A stretch of DNA of 64,000 nt. It comes from Malacoraja senta (taxonomy: Eukaryota). The stretch lies in NCBI GenBank assembly GCA_038087875.1, contig JAXLNO010000051.1, forward strand, positions 558,001-622,000. The letters are read 5' to 3'. Of the stretch, positions 11,655 to 23,479 are shown piece by piece. Every line of letters begins with the position of its first letter. The first letter of the stretch is position 1. The notes below the pieces were generated by a model, which did not search any database, was not told where the DNA came from, and saw only the letters and a list, made by a program, of their open reading frames with translations. The position numbers were made by a program, and so were the translations under genes.

Positions 11655-12473
11655 TCAGTCGGCTGTGGGTCCCGGTCTGCGTCGACGGTAAGATGAGATG
11701 AAATCCTGAGCGTCCTCGGGAGATGTTAGTCGTCGCCTCTTTCCATCCCCGGCCATGATGAACAGCTTGGCTGGATAATGAAGGGAGGGTTTGAGACCCA
11801 GGTTGTACAGCTCCTTCATAACGTCTCGGTACGCGGAGCGTTGTTCAACTATCTCGGGACAGTAGTCTTCGAAAATGTGGATCGGGATATCCTTGTACTT
11901 CAGATTACTCCTCTGCCTCCGAGCCTCACGCACCACCAACTCGCGGGTCTGGTATCTATGGTAGCAGAGCACAACTGCTCTGGGTTTCTCACCAGGGCTT
12001 GGCTTGGTTGTTAGCGTACGGTGGGCTCGGTCTAGCTCCGGAGCTGATTCCAGTGTGTGTTCGCCAAGAGTCTCGAGCAGGTTGAGAGAAAAAAGCTGTT
12101 GTTTGGGGGCCTTCGATATTCTCGGGAAGACCGACTATCCTTATGTTATTTCGGCGACTCCTGCCTTCCAGGCCGATAAGCTTAGACTTTAGCTTGGCGT
12201 TCTCTTCAGTCACCGTAGTTAGCATTGTCGTTATAGCTCGTATGTCTTGGCTGGTGGTATCGGCAAAAGACTCTAATGACGAAAGACGGTGTTGGTGATC
12301 CAAAATAGTAGTCTGGATATTGTCCAGCTTCGTATCCAGATTGGTGAACGCTGCGTTGAATTCTGCCAGTAGCGATACCTTGTGCTCTGTTAACATGGCA
12401 GCTAGCGTGCCCATGCCGGTGCTGGTCGTCGGGTCTTCCGTTTTTGCTCCTCTTTCTTTCCTCTGCTTGGCAT
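11655..12473 (-). pseudogene. L1-A ORF1 (coiled-coil/RRM, Transposase_22-like), two frameshifts
   Basis: LEGRSRRNNIRIVGLPENIEG...ELDRAHR...IHIFEDYCPEIVEQRSAY...LHYPAKL across ORFs 11989-12414 and 11655-11972. Probable ATG at 12473. Confidence 0.88.
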
Positions 12474-12972
12474 CTTTACGGCGTGGAGAGATGCTGTCAA
12501 TGGTGTTTAAATATTTAGGGGTAGTTATAAAACTTAGGCTGAGCTAAAATAAAAGTTGGTGAACAGGTCGGGAGCGTGGAAAAGTGCGACTACTCCAACA
12601 TGTCGCCCCCAGCGGTATCGTATGATCAAGAGTTTAACCGAGTTCCCACGGGTATGACTCAAGTTTGCCGTTAACTGTCATTTCTGCGATGTTTCAAGTT
12701 CGTCTCCCGAGTTAACAAGTTCCTTTCCCGAGTTACTCTTAAGCCAACCTTCAATGAAGGTCTGTTTTAATAAGCAACATCTCCATCCTGCGGCTGTGAG
12801 TTAAAGATAGAATTCAGCGCGGCCGCATCTATTGATGTGACCTACAAATTGTTGGGAGACGGAGCTCAGGGTTCGCCTCCTGAGCTGCTTTGGTGCCCAG
12901 GCGTGAGCTGAGGTGGAGGGAGGTTGGGGTGGGGGGGGGGTGGGGGTCAGGTTAAACTCACCCATTTGACAG

Positions 12973-13176
12973 AGGCAGAGGATTACGAGGATCCAGCGAG
13001 ACTCGGACTGCATGGAGAGCCGAGACTGCCCCGCTGGTGTGTCCTCCGTCGCCGCTCGCAGCCAGCCGGCAGGAGCTGTGCATGGAGCCCACCACCGGAG
13101 TCGTGTCTGACTTCCTCGGCAGCCTGAGGGAGGCAGATGCACCCTGCCCGGGGAGAGGCCGCGGAGAGACTGCGGG
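12973..13176 (+). other. Candidate captured exon-like segment inside the Harbinger element
   Basis: ctcacccatttgacAG acceptor and GG|GTGAGT donor; 204 bp, GC-rich, one open frame. Confidence 0.3.
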
Positions 13177-13199
13177 GTGAGTACCTCACTCTGACTGTG

Positions 13200-13870
13200 A
13201 TAGGGAGAGACAGAGGCGCGCACACACACACACACACAGTGTGGAGTTCCTCTGATTCACTGTGTGTGGGTGTGGGGGGTGGAACTGAGAGAGAGAGAGA
13301 GAGATACACACACACACAGGCAGCGTGGAGTACCTTTAACTGTGTGTGTGGGAGAGAGAGACTGAGGCAGACACTCACACACAACGGGCAGTGTGTACAT
13401 CAGTCTGTGTGTGTGTGTAGGGGAGAGAGAGACACAGAGACAGTGTGGACCTCTGACTGTGTATGAAGGAGAGAGGGGGAGAGAGACAGAGAGAGAGAGG
13501 CACAGAGGCAGTGTGGTGTACTTTAGCGTGACCGTGGGGGTGAGAGAAAGAGCGCACAGGACATCGGTCTATCTGTGTGTGTGGGAGGGAAGAGAGACTA
13601 AGCAGAATACATAAGTCTTCTTGTGTGTGGGGGAGAAAGAGAGAGGTGGGGGGAGAAAGAGAGAGGTGGGGGGGAAAGAGAGAAATGGGGGGAGACGTAT
13701 ATACACACAAAGCAGAGTTTTACTGTGTATGTGGGAGACACAGATGAACTTACACAGATGGACTTACCTCGGTCTTACTGTGTGTGGGAGAGGGGGACAA
13801 AGAGACGTACACTCACAGAGGCAGAGTCTCTCAGCCTGTGTGAGAGGGAGAGAGAGACACACACGCGCAA
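13200..13870. repeat. Mixed (CA)n/(GT)n/(GA)n microsatellite-rich segment
   Basis: Repeated cacacaca, gtgtgtg and gagagaga runs in a loosely repeated unit. Confidence 0.85.
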
Positions 13871-14399
13871 GGTGGATGAGAAATCTCACCTGCCTGTTTC
13901 AGTGACCGGCACCCGCCGCTAGTGAATGAAGACACCCCCATCTGTCTCCCCCTCGTCTCCCTCCACTCTCCACCCTCTCTCCTCCACCCCCCTCTCCCTC
14001 CTCCAACCCCCCACTCCCCCCAATTTGGAAATGTCATCCCATCACCCATTCCTTCTCTCCAGAGATGCTGACTGCCCGCTGAGCTAAAGAGTTCCCACGG
14101 TAGACTCACGAGTCACTAAGGTAAACGCACGGGTCACTACGTTCTGACAACGTGTTTAAATGTTTCACATTTTAACCTCAAGAGTACATTTTACTCGTGG
14201 AAAAGTTTAAACATGTTTGAATTTTTCCAAGAGTTAACAAGTGTCACGGGTACCTGCCGTTAGCGCCAAGAGTCGCCAAGTTGCGTCCACGAGTTCCGAC
14301 GTTCCCGCTACGTTAATCGTACGTGGTTTCCACGAGTTAAATTTGTTTTAAGCTCGGTGTACCTCGTGGGTCAGCTCGCACCGCGAGACAGGGGTTTTA

Positions 14400-15098
14400 C
14401 ACTGTTGCTACTCAGGTACACAACGTGCCATCCTCTTACACAATGTTCTCTGCAATGGACTTAATTCCTTTACAATATCACTGAGCAGTTATCCAGTAAA
14501 TTCATTACCAATAATTCTCTTATACTAATCGATTTATACTAATATACCAATATAATAATATACTAATATAATAATTGGGAGGAGAGAGGACATACTAATA
14601 ATAATATACTAATATAATAATATACTAATATCAATGCAATGCACGCAAATATTCTCTAAATTATTGTTATCAATAAACAATACAGTAAATTCATAAAGTC
14701 CAGCTTGTGCTGCGTTGAATTCACCGTTCAGACTTGACTGTCTCTGGACTCCGCTTCTAGCTTCTAGCTGTGCTGTCCCGCTACAGCACTGGCTGTTGCA
14801 TGGCGATCGTGCGTTCCCGTGCCAACTTTTTGCGAGCCAAATACATATCTTGTCTTTAACTGTATGTTTGATCTTGAGAATACCTCAAATCGACCGCAAT
14901 TCTGTTCCTGCTAACGGAATCGACATCCTCGTCACCAAATTGGTCTGTATTTGCGCTGGAAACGGACTTAAATAAGACTCAGAACAGACAGGTACTTTAC
15001 ATGCTTCTTGTATTGAAATCACCATCTTGAATCTCTCTGCGCATGTGTACCATCGCGCATGGCCTTCAAATATGCTAATCATATTCTCATACACAACA
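14400..15098 (-). mobile_element. Gypsy-B 5' LTR (15098-14941), tRNA-Ser-type PBS (14937-14924) and leader
   Basis: Minus strand TGTTG...CA, then TGGTGACGAGGATG (one mismatch to TGGCGACGAGGATG, complement of the tRNA-Ser(GCU) 3' end). The leader joins the gag ATG at 3942 once the Harbinger element is removed (gtgTAAccATG). Confidence 0.7.
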
Positions 15099-17760
15099 GG
15101 GTGGACAGGAGAGGGGAGGAGGAGAGGAGACAATCTCTTATCTCCACCTATTATCTTTGTTGCTGGATTTGAGGGGAGGGGAGATGAGAAGAGAGGAGGT
15201 GGTAGAAGAGGGGAGAGGAGAGGGGAGAGGAGAGGGGAGGGGAGTAGGGGGAAAGGAGGGGTGGAGAGGAGCGGAGAAGAGGGGAGAGGAGTGGTTGAGA
15301 CGAGGGTAGAGGGGAGGGGAGGGGAAGAGAGAGGAGAGGAGAGGAGAGAGGAGAGGCGTGGTAAGCAGAGGGAGGGTAGGAGAGGGGGATAAGAGGAGTG
15401 GAGGGGAGGAGGAAGAAGAGAGGACGGGAGTGGCAATAGGAGAGGAAGGGAGAGGTGAGGAGGAGATGATACAATCTCTCCTCCAACAATTATCTTTGGT
15501 GTTGGATATGAGGGGAGAGGAGAGGAGGGGGAGGCTGGTGATAGGAGAAGGGAGGAGAGGGTGGAGAGGGAGGAGAGAGGATGATAGGAGAGGGGAGGAG
15601 AGGTGAGGCTATGAGCGAGGAGAGTAGGGGAGCGGAGCGAGATGGAGCGTAGGAGAGGGGGATGAGAGGAACGGAGCGGAGGAGAGGAGATGGGAGAAGG
15701 GAAGGTAGTAGACGAGAAGTGAAGGGAGGGGAGGACAGGGGAACAGTGGGGACGGCGAGAGTGGGGAGGAGAGGAGTGGGAGTGGGATGGGAGCCGAGAG
15801 GACGGGAGGGGAGGAGAGGAGATGGGGAAGATGTGAGGAGGGTCGAGGAGAGCAGATGAAGAGGAGGGGAGTGGAGAAGAGAGGGAGAGGGAGGAGACGG
15901 GTGGATGGGAGAGAGAAGAGGGGAGAGAAGAGGGAAGGGGAGTGAAGAGCGGAGGGGATGGGTGAGAGGAGATGCGAGGGGGAGAGGAGAGGGAGAGAGA
16001 AGAGAAGTGGGGTAGAGGAGAGGGGAAGGGAGGAGGAGATGGAGAGGATTGTAGAGGAGACAATTTCTCACCTACACAATATTTCAATTATATTTGCTGC
16101 TGGATTTGAGGGGTGGGGAGAGAGAGGGTGTGGGATGGGGAGAGAGGAGGGGATTGGAGAGGGGAGGAGAGGAGAGGAGAGCAGTGTAGAGGGGAGGAGA
16201 GTAGAGGAGATAGCAGAGGAGAGGAGAGGAGCGGAGTGTAGGGGATGAGTGGAGATAAGAGACTGGAGTATAGGAGAGGAGGGGTAGGAGAGGAGGTGTG
16301 GTGAGGAGAGTGGAGGGGAGGAGGGGAGAGGGGAGGAGGAAGGGTGAACGAGAGAGCGGAGAAGAAAGTAAAGGAGTGAGAAAAGCGGGGGGTGCGGCGA
16401 GAGGAGAGAAGGAAGGGGAGGGAGGCAGAGAATGGGAGAGGAGAGAGGAGGAGAAAGGGAGGAGAAGAGAGGAGAGGAGGAGATGGAAGGAGAAAGGGGA
16501 GAGAGGAGAGGAGAGGTGAGGTGAGGAGAGTGGAAGAGGGGCGGAGAGCAGAGGGTATTGTAGTGTTTGATGGGTACTAACACAATACAGATTCATGTTG
16601 TCCCATGTCAGTAAAGGGGCTGTCCCACTGCGGCGACCTAATTGGCGAGTTTAGAAGAGTTTAGGAGAGTTTGAAAAAGTGTCATGTTGAAGATTTCCTT
16701 CGACTATGTAGACGACCTCCTTCGACCTCTTCGACTATGTTGAAGACCAGCTTCGATAGCTCCGGGAAAATTGGACACCGAATAGGGCAGAGTGAAGACG
16801 ACCTCCTTCGACGTCCTTCCACTATGTTGAAGACTATCTACGAATATCTTCGCCTACCTTCGATTACCTTCGAGGGGAGGGGAGAGGAGAGGCGAGGGGA
16901 GGACGGAAGGAGAGAGGAGAGCGGAGCTGCGGAGGGGAGGAGAGGAAAGTAAACGATGGGAGGAGGGAGAAAAGCAGAGGAGAGGTGCGGGGGAGTGGGT
17001 AGGGAGGGGAGGAGAGGAACGGAGAGAGGTGAGGGGGAGAGGAGAGGAGATGGAGGGGAGCGGGAGATGGAGGGGAGCAGAGAGGAGGAGAGGAGAGGAG
17101 AGGAGAGGCAAGGATACGAGAATGGAGAGGTGTGAAGAGGAGCGGGGAGGAGGGGAGAGGAGAGGGGTGGAGAGGAGAGCAGGAGAGAGGACAGAAGGGG
17201 AGAGGGGAGAAGAATAGAGGGGAGGGGAGAGAAGAGCGGGTGGGGAGCGGAGAGGCGAGAGGGGAGGGGAGGAGAGTGGAGAGTAGTAGAGGAGAGAAGA
17301 GAGGAGAGGTGAGGAGAGGGGAGGTGAGGGGGAGAGGAGTGGGAGAAGGAGAAGAGAGGGATGAGAGTGGAGGAGAGTGGAAGAGGAGAGAGGAGTGGGG
17401 AGTAAGTGAGGGGACGAAGGGAGAGGCGAGGGGGGAGGATAGGAGAGGAGATGAGAGTAGAGGAGTGGAGATGAGAGGAGAGGAGAGGAGAGGAGAGGAG
17501 AGGGGAGGAGAGGAGAGGAGAGGAGAGGAGAGAAGAGGAGAGGAGAGGAGAGGAGAGGATAGAAGAGAAGGGGACAATATCTCATCACTATATTACAATT
17601 ATCTTTGGTGCTCGATTTGAGGGGTGGGGAGAGAGGGAGTGGGAGGAGGGAGAGGGGAGAGTGGAGGGGATTGGACAGCGCAGGAGAGGAGAGAAGAGGA
17701 GTGGAGAGGCGAGGAGTGGAGAGGGGAGAAGAGGAGAGGCGAGGATAAGAGTGGGGATAA
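15099..17760. repeat. Polypurine tract B with four conserved islands
   Basis: GA-rich on +, interrupted by islands at 15129, 15470, 16059 and 17573 and by 16555-16872. Confidence 0.95.
16613..16872. mobile_element. One end of a second Harbinger-like element
   Basis: taa|aggggctgtcccac start resembles the TIR at 3948; subterminal repeats cttcgactatg/gacgacctccttcgac. No partner TIR seen. Confidence 0.45.
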
Positions 17761-17800
17761 TCCTGGCCAAAGATCATAGAGCGGAGATCTTTGGTCCTGG
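17761..17800. mobile_element. 28-bp mini inverted-repeat element with 6-bp flanking direct repeats
   Basis: tcctgg|ccaaagatc-atagagcgga-gatctttgg|tcctgg. Confidence 0.5.
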
Positions 17801-18164
17801 CTTTCTCCTCCCCTTCCCAGCATTCCCACAGCCCACAGCCCACTGTCTCCACCTCTTCCTTTCTTATTCCCGCACCCCCCCTCCCCCACAACCGTCTGAA
17901 GCAAGGTCTCGACACGAAACGTCACCTATTCCTTCGCTCCATAGATGCTGCATCACGCGCTGAGTTTCTCCAGCATTTTTGTCTCCCTTCGATTTTTCCA
18001 GCAACTGCAGTTCTTTCTTAAACGATCAGCCATGATTGAATGGCGGACTGGACGTGATGGGCCGAATGGCCTAATTCTGCTCCAGTGACATGAACAGCTT
18101 TTTGCTGCGTGCTGACCAGTCAGCGGAAAGACCATACATGATTACAATCGAGCCATTCACAGTT

Positions 18165-18430
18165 AGTCTTAGGAGATGAGGAAACACTTTTTCATACAGA
18201 GAGTTATGTCTGTGGAGTTTTCTGCCTCAGAGGGTGGTGGAGGCCGGTTCTCTGGATACTTTCAACAGAGAGCCAGATAGGGCTCTGAAAGATAGTGGAG
18301 TCAGGGGATATGGGGAGAAGGCTGGAACGGGGTACTGATTGGGGATGATGAGCCATGATCACATTGAATGGCGGTGCTGGCTCGAAGGGCCGAATGGCCT
18401 ACTCCTGCACCTATTATCTATTGTCTATGA
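18165..18430 (+). mobile_element. CR1 LINE 3' end
   Basis: gaggaaacactttttc...ctgcctcagagggtggtggagg...ggggatatggggagaagg...gggccgaatggcctactcctgcacctatt. Confidence 0.8.
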
Positions 18431-19244
18431 AAAAATATGCACTGACGTGGGCTCCACAGCCTTCTGTGGCAAGGAATACCACAGATTCACTGAAGAAATT
18501 GCTCGTCGTCTCTTTCCTAAAAGAACGTCCTTTAATTCTGAAGTCAGGCCCATGCTTAATATTTTTCCTCACTGCTTTTCCTCGTCTATGCACGGGTACG
18601 TTTGCTGGACTATAACAGAGTTGGAATATCTCGACATGCTGCTGGCACGACAGAGCTGTATTGAGAACATTGCTCTTGGGCACCTGCGGCCAATGTTTTC
18701 TCAAACACAGTGCTGTCCATTTTACTTCTTGCAGCGCTCAGGCCGGTGCCCAGTGTAATAAATCAAGAGGGTCAAATGACTGCTGTGGCTGTTATCAGCG
18801 ACGCAGCAGAAAGCGGAGAAACAAACAGTCTGATGTTGTAGAAAACTTCTGTTCTCCGAGATTGGATCTTTCCCCGTGCCAAAGTTCATCGTCGTTGATT
18901 AGATGTCAGGCCTGCACGACACAAAGCCAGGGCTATTATGGATTTATAAACATAAATACGGTTATTTTAAATGTTGGCGTTTTCCCCCTGTTAATGTTCC
19001 TGCCAATCCTTCTCTTTCTACCCCCCAAACCCTTTGTAAGCTGTCAAATCATGTTGGGAAAGACACCAAGTGCTGGAGTAGCTCAGCAGTTCAGGCAGCA
19101 AACGCTGGAGAACATGGATAGGCGATGTTTCCTGTCGGGACCTTTCTTCAGACTCGACCTAAAACATCACCTATTAACCTTCTCCAGAGATGTTACCTGG
19201 CCCGCTTAGTTATAGAGTCACAGGGTTAAATACAGCATGGATTC

Positions 19245-19547
19245 AAACTCTTTGAATCACTTCCCTCTGGAAGGCGACTCCGGGCTGTCAAAGCTACCAC
19301 AGCCAGACATAAAAACAGCTTTTTTCAACGAGTAGTAGCTCTACTCAATAACCAAACATCTGTAGAATCCTTTTGCTCTGATATTTTATTTAGTTCACAT
19401 GTTTAATCAATAATGTTTTATTATAACTGTTATATGTGTCATTCCTAACTGTCACTGTATGTCATGTTGTCACTTGCGGGCGGAGCACCAAGGCAAATTC
19501 CTTGTATGTGAATACTTGGCCAATAAACCTATTCATTCATTCATTCG
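19245..19547 (+). mobile_element. Rex1-like LINE 3' end with (TTCA)n tail
   Basis: LPSGRRLRAVKATTARHKNSFFQRVVALLN*, then AATAAA and attcattcattc. Confidence 0.65.
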
Positions 19548-19922
19548 TAACAGGCCCTTCGGCCTAACTTGCCCACACCGACCAACATGCCCCATCTGCA
19601 CTAGTGCAGCCTGCCTGCGTTTGGCCCATATCCCTCTAAACCTGTCCAATCCATGTACCTGTCTAACTGTTTCTTAAATATTGCAATATCCCTGCCTCAA
19701 CTACCTCCTCCGGCAGCTCGTTCCATACACCCACTAACGTTTGTGTGGAAATTTACCCCTCAGATTCCCATTAAATCTTTCCCCCCTCACCTTAAAACTA
19801 AGTCCTCTGGTCCTCGATTCCCCTACTCTGGGCAAGAAACTCTGTGCGTCTACCCGATCTATTCCTCTCATGATTTTGTACACCTCTATAAGATCACCCC
19901 TTATCCTCCTACGCTACAAGGA
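19548..19922 (-). mobile_element. CR1 LINE 3' end
   Basis: Reverse complement of a CR1 C-terminus and tail (caggcccttcggcc...cgttccatacacccac...tcctctggtcctcgattcccctactctgggc). Confidence 0.75.
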
Positions 19923-20079
19923 GTCTCATGTTTTTCTGCCTGACCCGCTGAGTTACTCCAGCACTTTGTGACTTTCCTTGGTAAACCAGCATCTGCAGTT
20001 CCTTATTTCTAAATCCTGTTGGGGTCAGGTTCCAAGGACACTTGTACAAGTCCCCTCCAAGCTAACCCCCCTCCTTGGA

Positions 20080-21030
20080 ATGCAGGAGGATGAAGGGTGA
20101 TCGTGTAGAGATGTATAATATCATGAGGGGAATAGATATGGTGAATGCCCAGAGTAGGGGGATCGAGGACCAGAGGACATAGGATTAAGGTGAAGGGGAA
20201 AAGATTTAATAGGAATCTGCAGTTGGACAGAGCCTTAGTGAGACCCCACCTGGGGTATTGTGTTCAGTTTCTGTCCCCTAATTTGAGGAAGAACATTCTT
20301 GCTATTGAGGGAGTGCAGCGTAGATTTACAATGTTAATTCCCGGGATGGCAGGACTGTCGTATGCTGCGAGAATGGAGCAGCTGGGCTTGTACACTCTGG
20401 AGTTTAGAAGGATGAGAGGGTATCTCATTGAAACCAATAAGATTGTTAAGGGTTTGGACACGCTAGAGGCAGGAAACATGTTCCCGATGTTGGGGAAGTC
20501 CAGAACCAGGGGCCACAGTTTAAGAATAAGGGGTAAGCCATTTAGAACGGAGACGAGGAAACACTTTTTCTCACAGAGAGTGGTGAGTCTGTGGAATTCT
20601 CTGCCTCAGAGGGCGGTGGAGGCCAGTTCTCTGGATGCTTTCAAGAGAGAGCTAGATAGGGCTCTTAAAAATAGCGGAGTCAGGGGATATGGGGAGAAGG
20701 CAGGAACGAGGTACTGATTGGGGATGCTCAGCCATGATGACATTGAATGGCGGTGCTCTTTCGAACGGCTGAAATAGCCTCCTGCTGCACCTCTTGTCTA
20801 TTGAATCTAAGAGGAAATTTTTTCACACAAAGTTTGGTGGGTGTATGGAACGAGCTGCTGGAGGAGGTAGATGAGGCTGGGACTATACCAACTTTTAAGA
20901 AACAGTTTGACAGGTACGTGGATAGAACAGGTTTGGAAGGATATGGGCCAAACTCCGGCAGGTGGGACTAGTGTAGCTGGGTGTGGGTAAGTTGGGCCGA
21001 AGGACCTACTTCCACGCTATATCACTCTGT
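20080..21030 (+). mobile_element. CR1 3' fragment with a second CR1 fragment (~20219-20802) nested in it
   Basis: ORF 20145-20717 LVRPHLGYCVQF.SP...IEGVQRRFT...RTRGHSLRI...FFSQRVVSLWNSLP. The host resumes at 'gaatct' (present on both sides). Confidence 0.85.
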
Positions 21031-22580
21031 GACTCTGTATGTGTCGACTGTTTTACCCGCGTGACTGCTCTTCAGAGCAAGTCGTGCCGTGCTCTGGCCA
21101 CTTGGATGCAGAGGTCACCAGTTCAAAAACTACCCGCTATAACTTATGAATTTGATTTTATACACCAGTGAGACAAGAAATTGATCCTGAATGCTGGCAG
21201 ATTGTCATTCACAATCTAAATGGTTTGTACATGTGAAAGGGAGGAAGGCAAGTTGCCACCTCTGTGTGGTCTGGATTAGATACACACTCTAATTCACACA
21301 ATGTGCTTCACAGAGAAGTCCAATATTCATCAGTTCATAAGTGATAGGAGCAGAATTAGGCCATTTGGCCCATCAAGTCTACTCCGCCATTCAACCATGG
21401 CTGATCTGTCTCCCCCTCCTAACCCCATTCTCCTGCCTTTTCCCATAACCTCTGACACCCGTACTAATCAAGAATATATCTATCTCTGCCTTCAAAACAC
21501 CCAATGACTTGGCCTCCACAGTCTTCTGTGGCAAAGCATTCCGCAGATTCACCACCCTCTCGAGTTGTGGTGGGACAATTCAGTTGCCTGATCACAGCTG
21601 GATCTGGAGGTGTGCGTTTTCACACTTCTGTACCTCATGCCTGATGGGAGAGGGGACAAAAGGGAGTGTCCGGGGTGAGACCAGTCCTCGATGATGCTGC
21701 TGGCCATGCCGAGGCAGCGTGATGTGTAGATGGAGTCAATGGAAGGGAGGTCGGTTTGTGTGATGGTCTGGGCTGCGTCACCTCTCTCCACTCTCAGTCC
21801 TGATGCAAGCTCCCCGCACGAAATGTCGTCCATCCCTCTGCCTCCACAGATGCTGCCTCCGAGTCCCTCCTGCCATTTGTCCTTGTTACAGATTCCAGCC
21901 TCAGCAGAGGATGTGTCTCATCTCTCTCAATGTGGAGTCACACAGTGGCGCAACGGTAGAGTTGATGCCTCACAGCGCCAGAGATCCTGGTTCCATCCTG
22001 ACTACGGGTGCTGTCTGTACGGAGTTTGTACGTTCTCCCCGTGACCTGCGTGGGTTTACTCCGGGTGCTCCGGTTTCCACCCACGTTCCAAAGAGGTACA
22101 GGTTTGTAGGTTAATTGGCTTCGGTACAGATTATAAACTGTCCCTCGTGTGTGTAGGATTGTGCTAGTGTACGTGGTGATCGCAGGTCGGCCAACGGGCC
22201 TGTTTCCGCACTGTATCTCCAAACTAAACTAGACATTTGCTCTGCTTGTCATGCTGGTGGTGGAGATAACGACGTCGCTCTACGATAAATTCTAGACACA
22301 AGGAACTGCAAAACATAAATGTGATGCTATCTCTCTCATTTCCATCTCCCCTTACTCTCAGTCTGAAGAAGGGTCTCGACCCAAAAAGTCACCCATTCCT
22401 TTCCTCCACAGATGCTGCATGTCCTGCTTGAGTGTTCCACCTGCACTGTGTTTTATGCCACATAACTTTTAGTCTTGAGACACAGAGCGGAAAGGGGCCC
22501 TTCAGCCCACCGAGTGCGCGCCGACCAGCGATCCCCGCACACTGACACTATCCTACATATATTAGGGACAATTCACATTT
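20674..22580 (+). repeat. Segmental duplicate of window positions 1-1955
   Basis: Same order of CR1/CR1/SINE relic/CR1(-)/Rex1(-)/HE1/SINE pieces with shared junctions; the paired ORFs 1076-1396 and 21730-22044 are near-identical. Confidence 0.92.
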
Positions 22581-23029
22581 TACGCTCATCGTAGGATAAC
22601 CCACTCATTCCTGGGATCATTCTTGTAAACCTCCTCTGGACCCTACCCAGAGCCAGCACATCCTTCCTCAGATGTTGGGCCCAAAACTGCTCACAGTGCT
22701 CTGGCAGTAACATTTGATGGAATGCCTGCTATTGATTATGTGCTGAGAACAGTAGATGGCATTGCAGTGCAGGAAAGAACTGCAGATTCTGGTTTAAATC
22801 GAAGGTGGATACTAAATTCTGGAGTAACTCAGCGGGACAGGCAGTATGTCTGGAGAGAGGGAATGGGTGACGTTTCGGATCGAGACTGAAGAAGGGAACA
22901 TGTTTCCTGCCTCCAGCATCAGTGATACTGATTTACCGTGATACTGAGTTACAGGAGGGTCATTTTAGTTTAGTTTTGTTGTTTAGTAATGGCGTGGTAT
23001 GGTATAATAATAGTAATAATATAATTATA

Positions 23030-23478
23030 ATATCTTTTATTCTCATTGCACAGAGGTACAACGAGATTTGGTTTCCAGCTTCCATCCGATGTCAAAACAT
23101 AATCAACTAAACATATAGATACCCAGAGAAACATGATTTATAAATAAAACAGTAAAACAGTATAAAGTGCAAATAGGTCTGTGCCGGGTCGATGTGCGAC
23201 GTGACCATCCGAGGGGGACAGTTCATGTGGGTGGGGGGGGGTCACTCAGCAGGGCCGGTTCAGAGCAGCGATAGCTCTGGGGATGAAGCTGTTCCTAAGT
23301 CTGGAGGTGCGGGCGTAAAAGGCCTTGTAACGTCTGCCGGAAAGTACAAGTTCCAACGGACCATTGCAAGGGTGTGAGGAGTCTTTGTGGATGCTGACGG
23401 CCTTCCTGCGGCATCGTGTATAGTAGATGCCCTCCAAGGCTGGTAGCTATTTCCCAATTATCTTCTGCGCTCTGTGGG
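23030..23478 (-). mobile_element. Rex1-like LINE 3' end
   Basis: IYYTRCRRKAVSIHKDSSHP...SGRRYKAFYARTSRLRNSFIPRAIAALN*. Confidence 0.7.
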
Positions 23479-23479
23479 C

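Larger units (their letters stand above)
4022..12615 (-). mobile_element. L1-clade LINE (L1-A), near full length but decayed; RT core and CCHC region deleted
   Basis: 5'UTR ~12474-12615, ORF1, ~1.2-kb inter-ORF spacer, ORF2, 3'UTR and a polyA signal (TTTATT on + at 4032-4037). Confidence 0.9.
3948..14396. mobile_element. PIF/Harbinger-like non-autonomous DNA transposon, inflated by nested insertions
   Basis: ~45-bp TIRs: 3948-3992 aagccctgtctcacggtgcgagttgacccacgaggtaccccgagc vs the reverse complement of 14352-14396 (4 mismatches). TTA target duplication at 3945-3947 and 14397-14399. Subterminal 'cacgagtt/gagttcccacgg' repeats. Confidence 0.8.

Noticed and set aside
4010..12625. Target-site duplication for L1-A
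   Set aside because: No convincing direct repeat at the two ends; boundaries are approximate.
18339..19209. ORFs 18339-18758 and 18661-19209 over partly unique sequence
   Set aside because: Start or end in TE fragments, with no recognisable domain or convincing splice pair.
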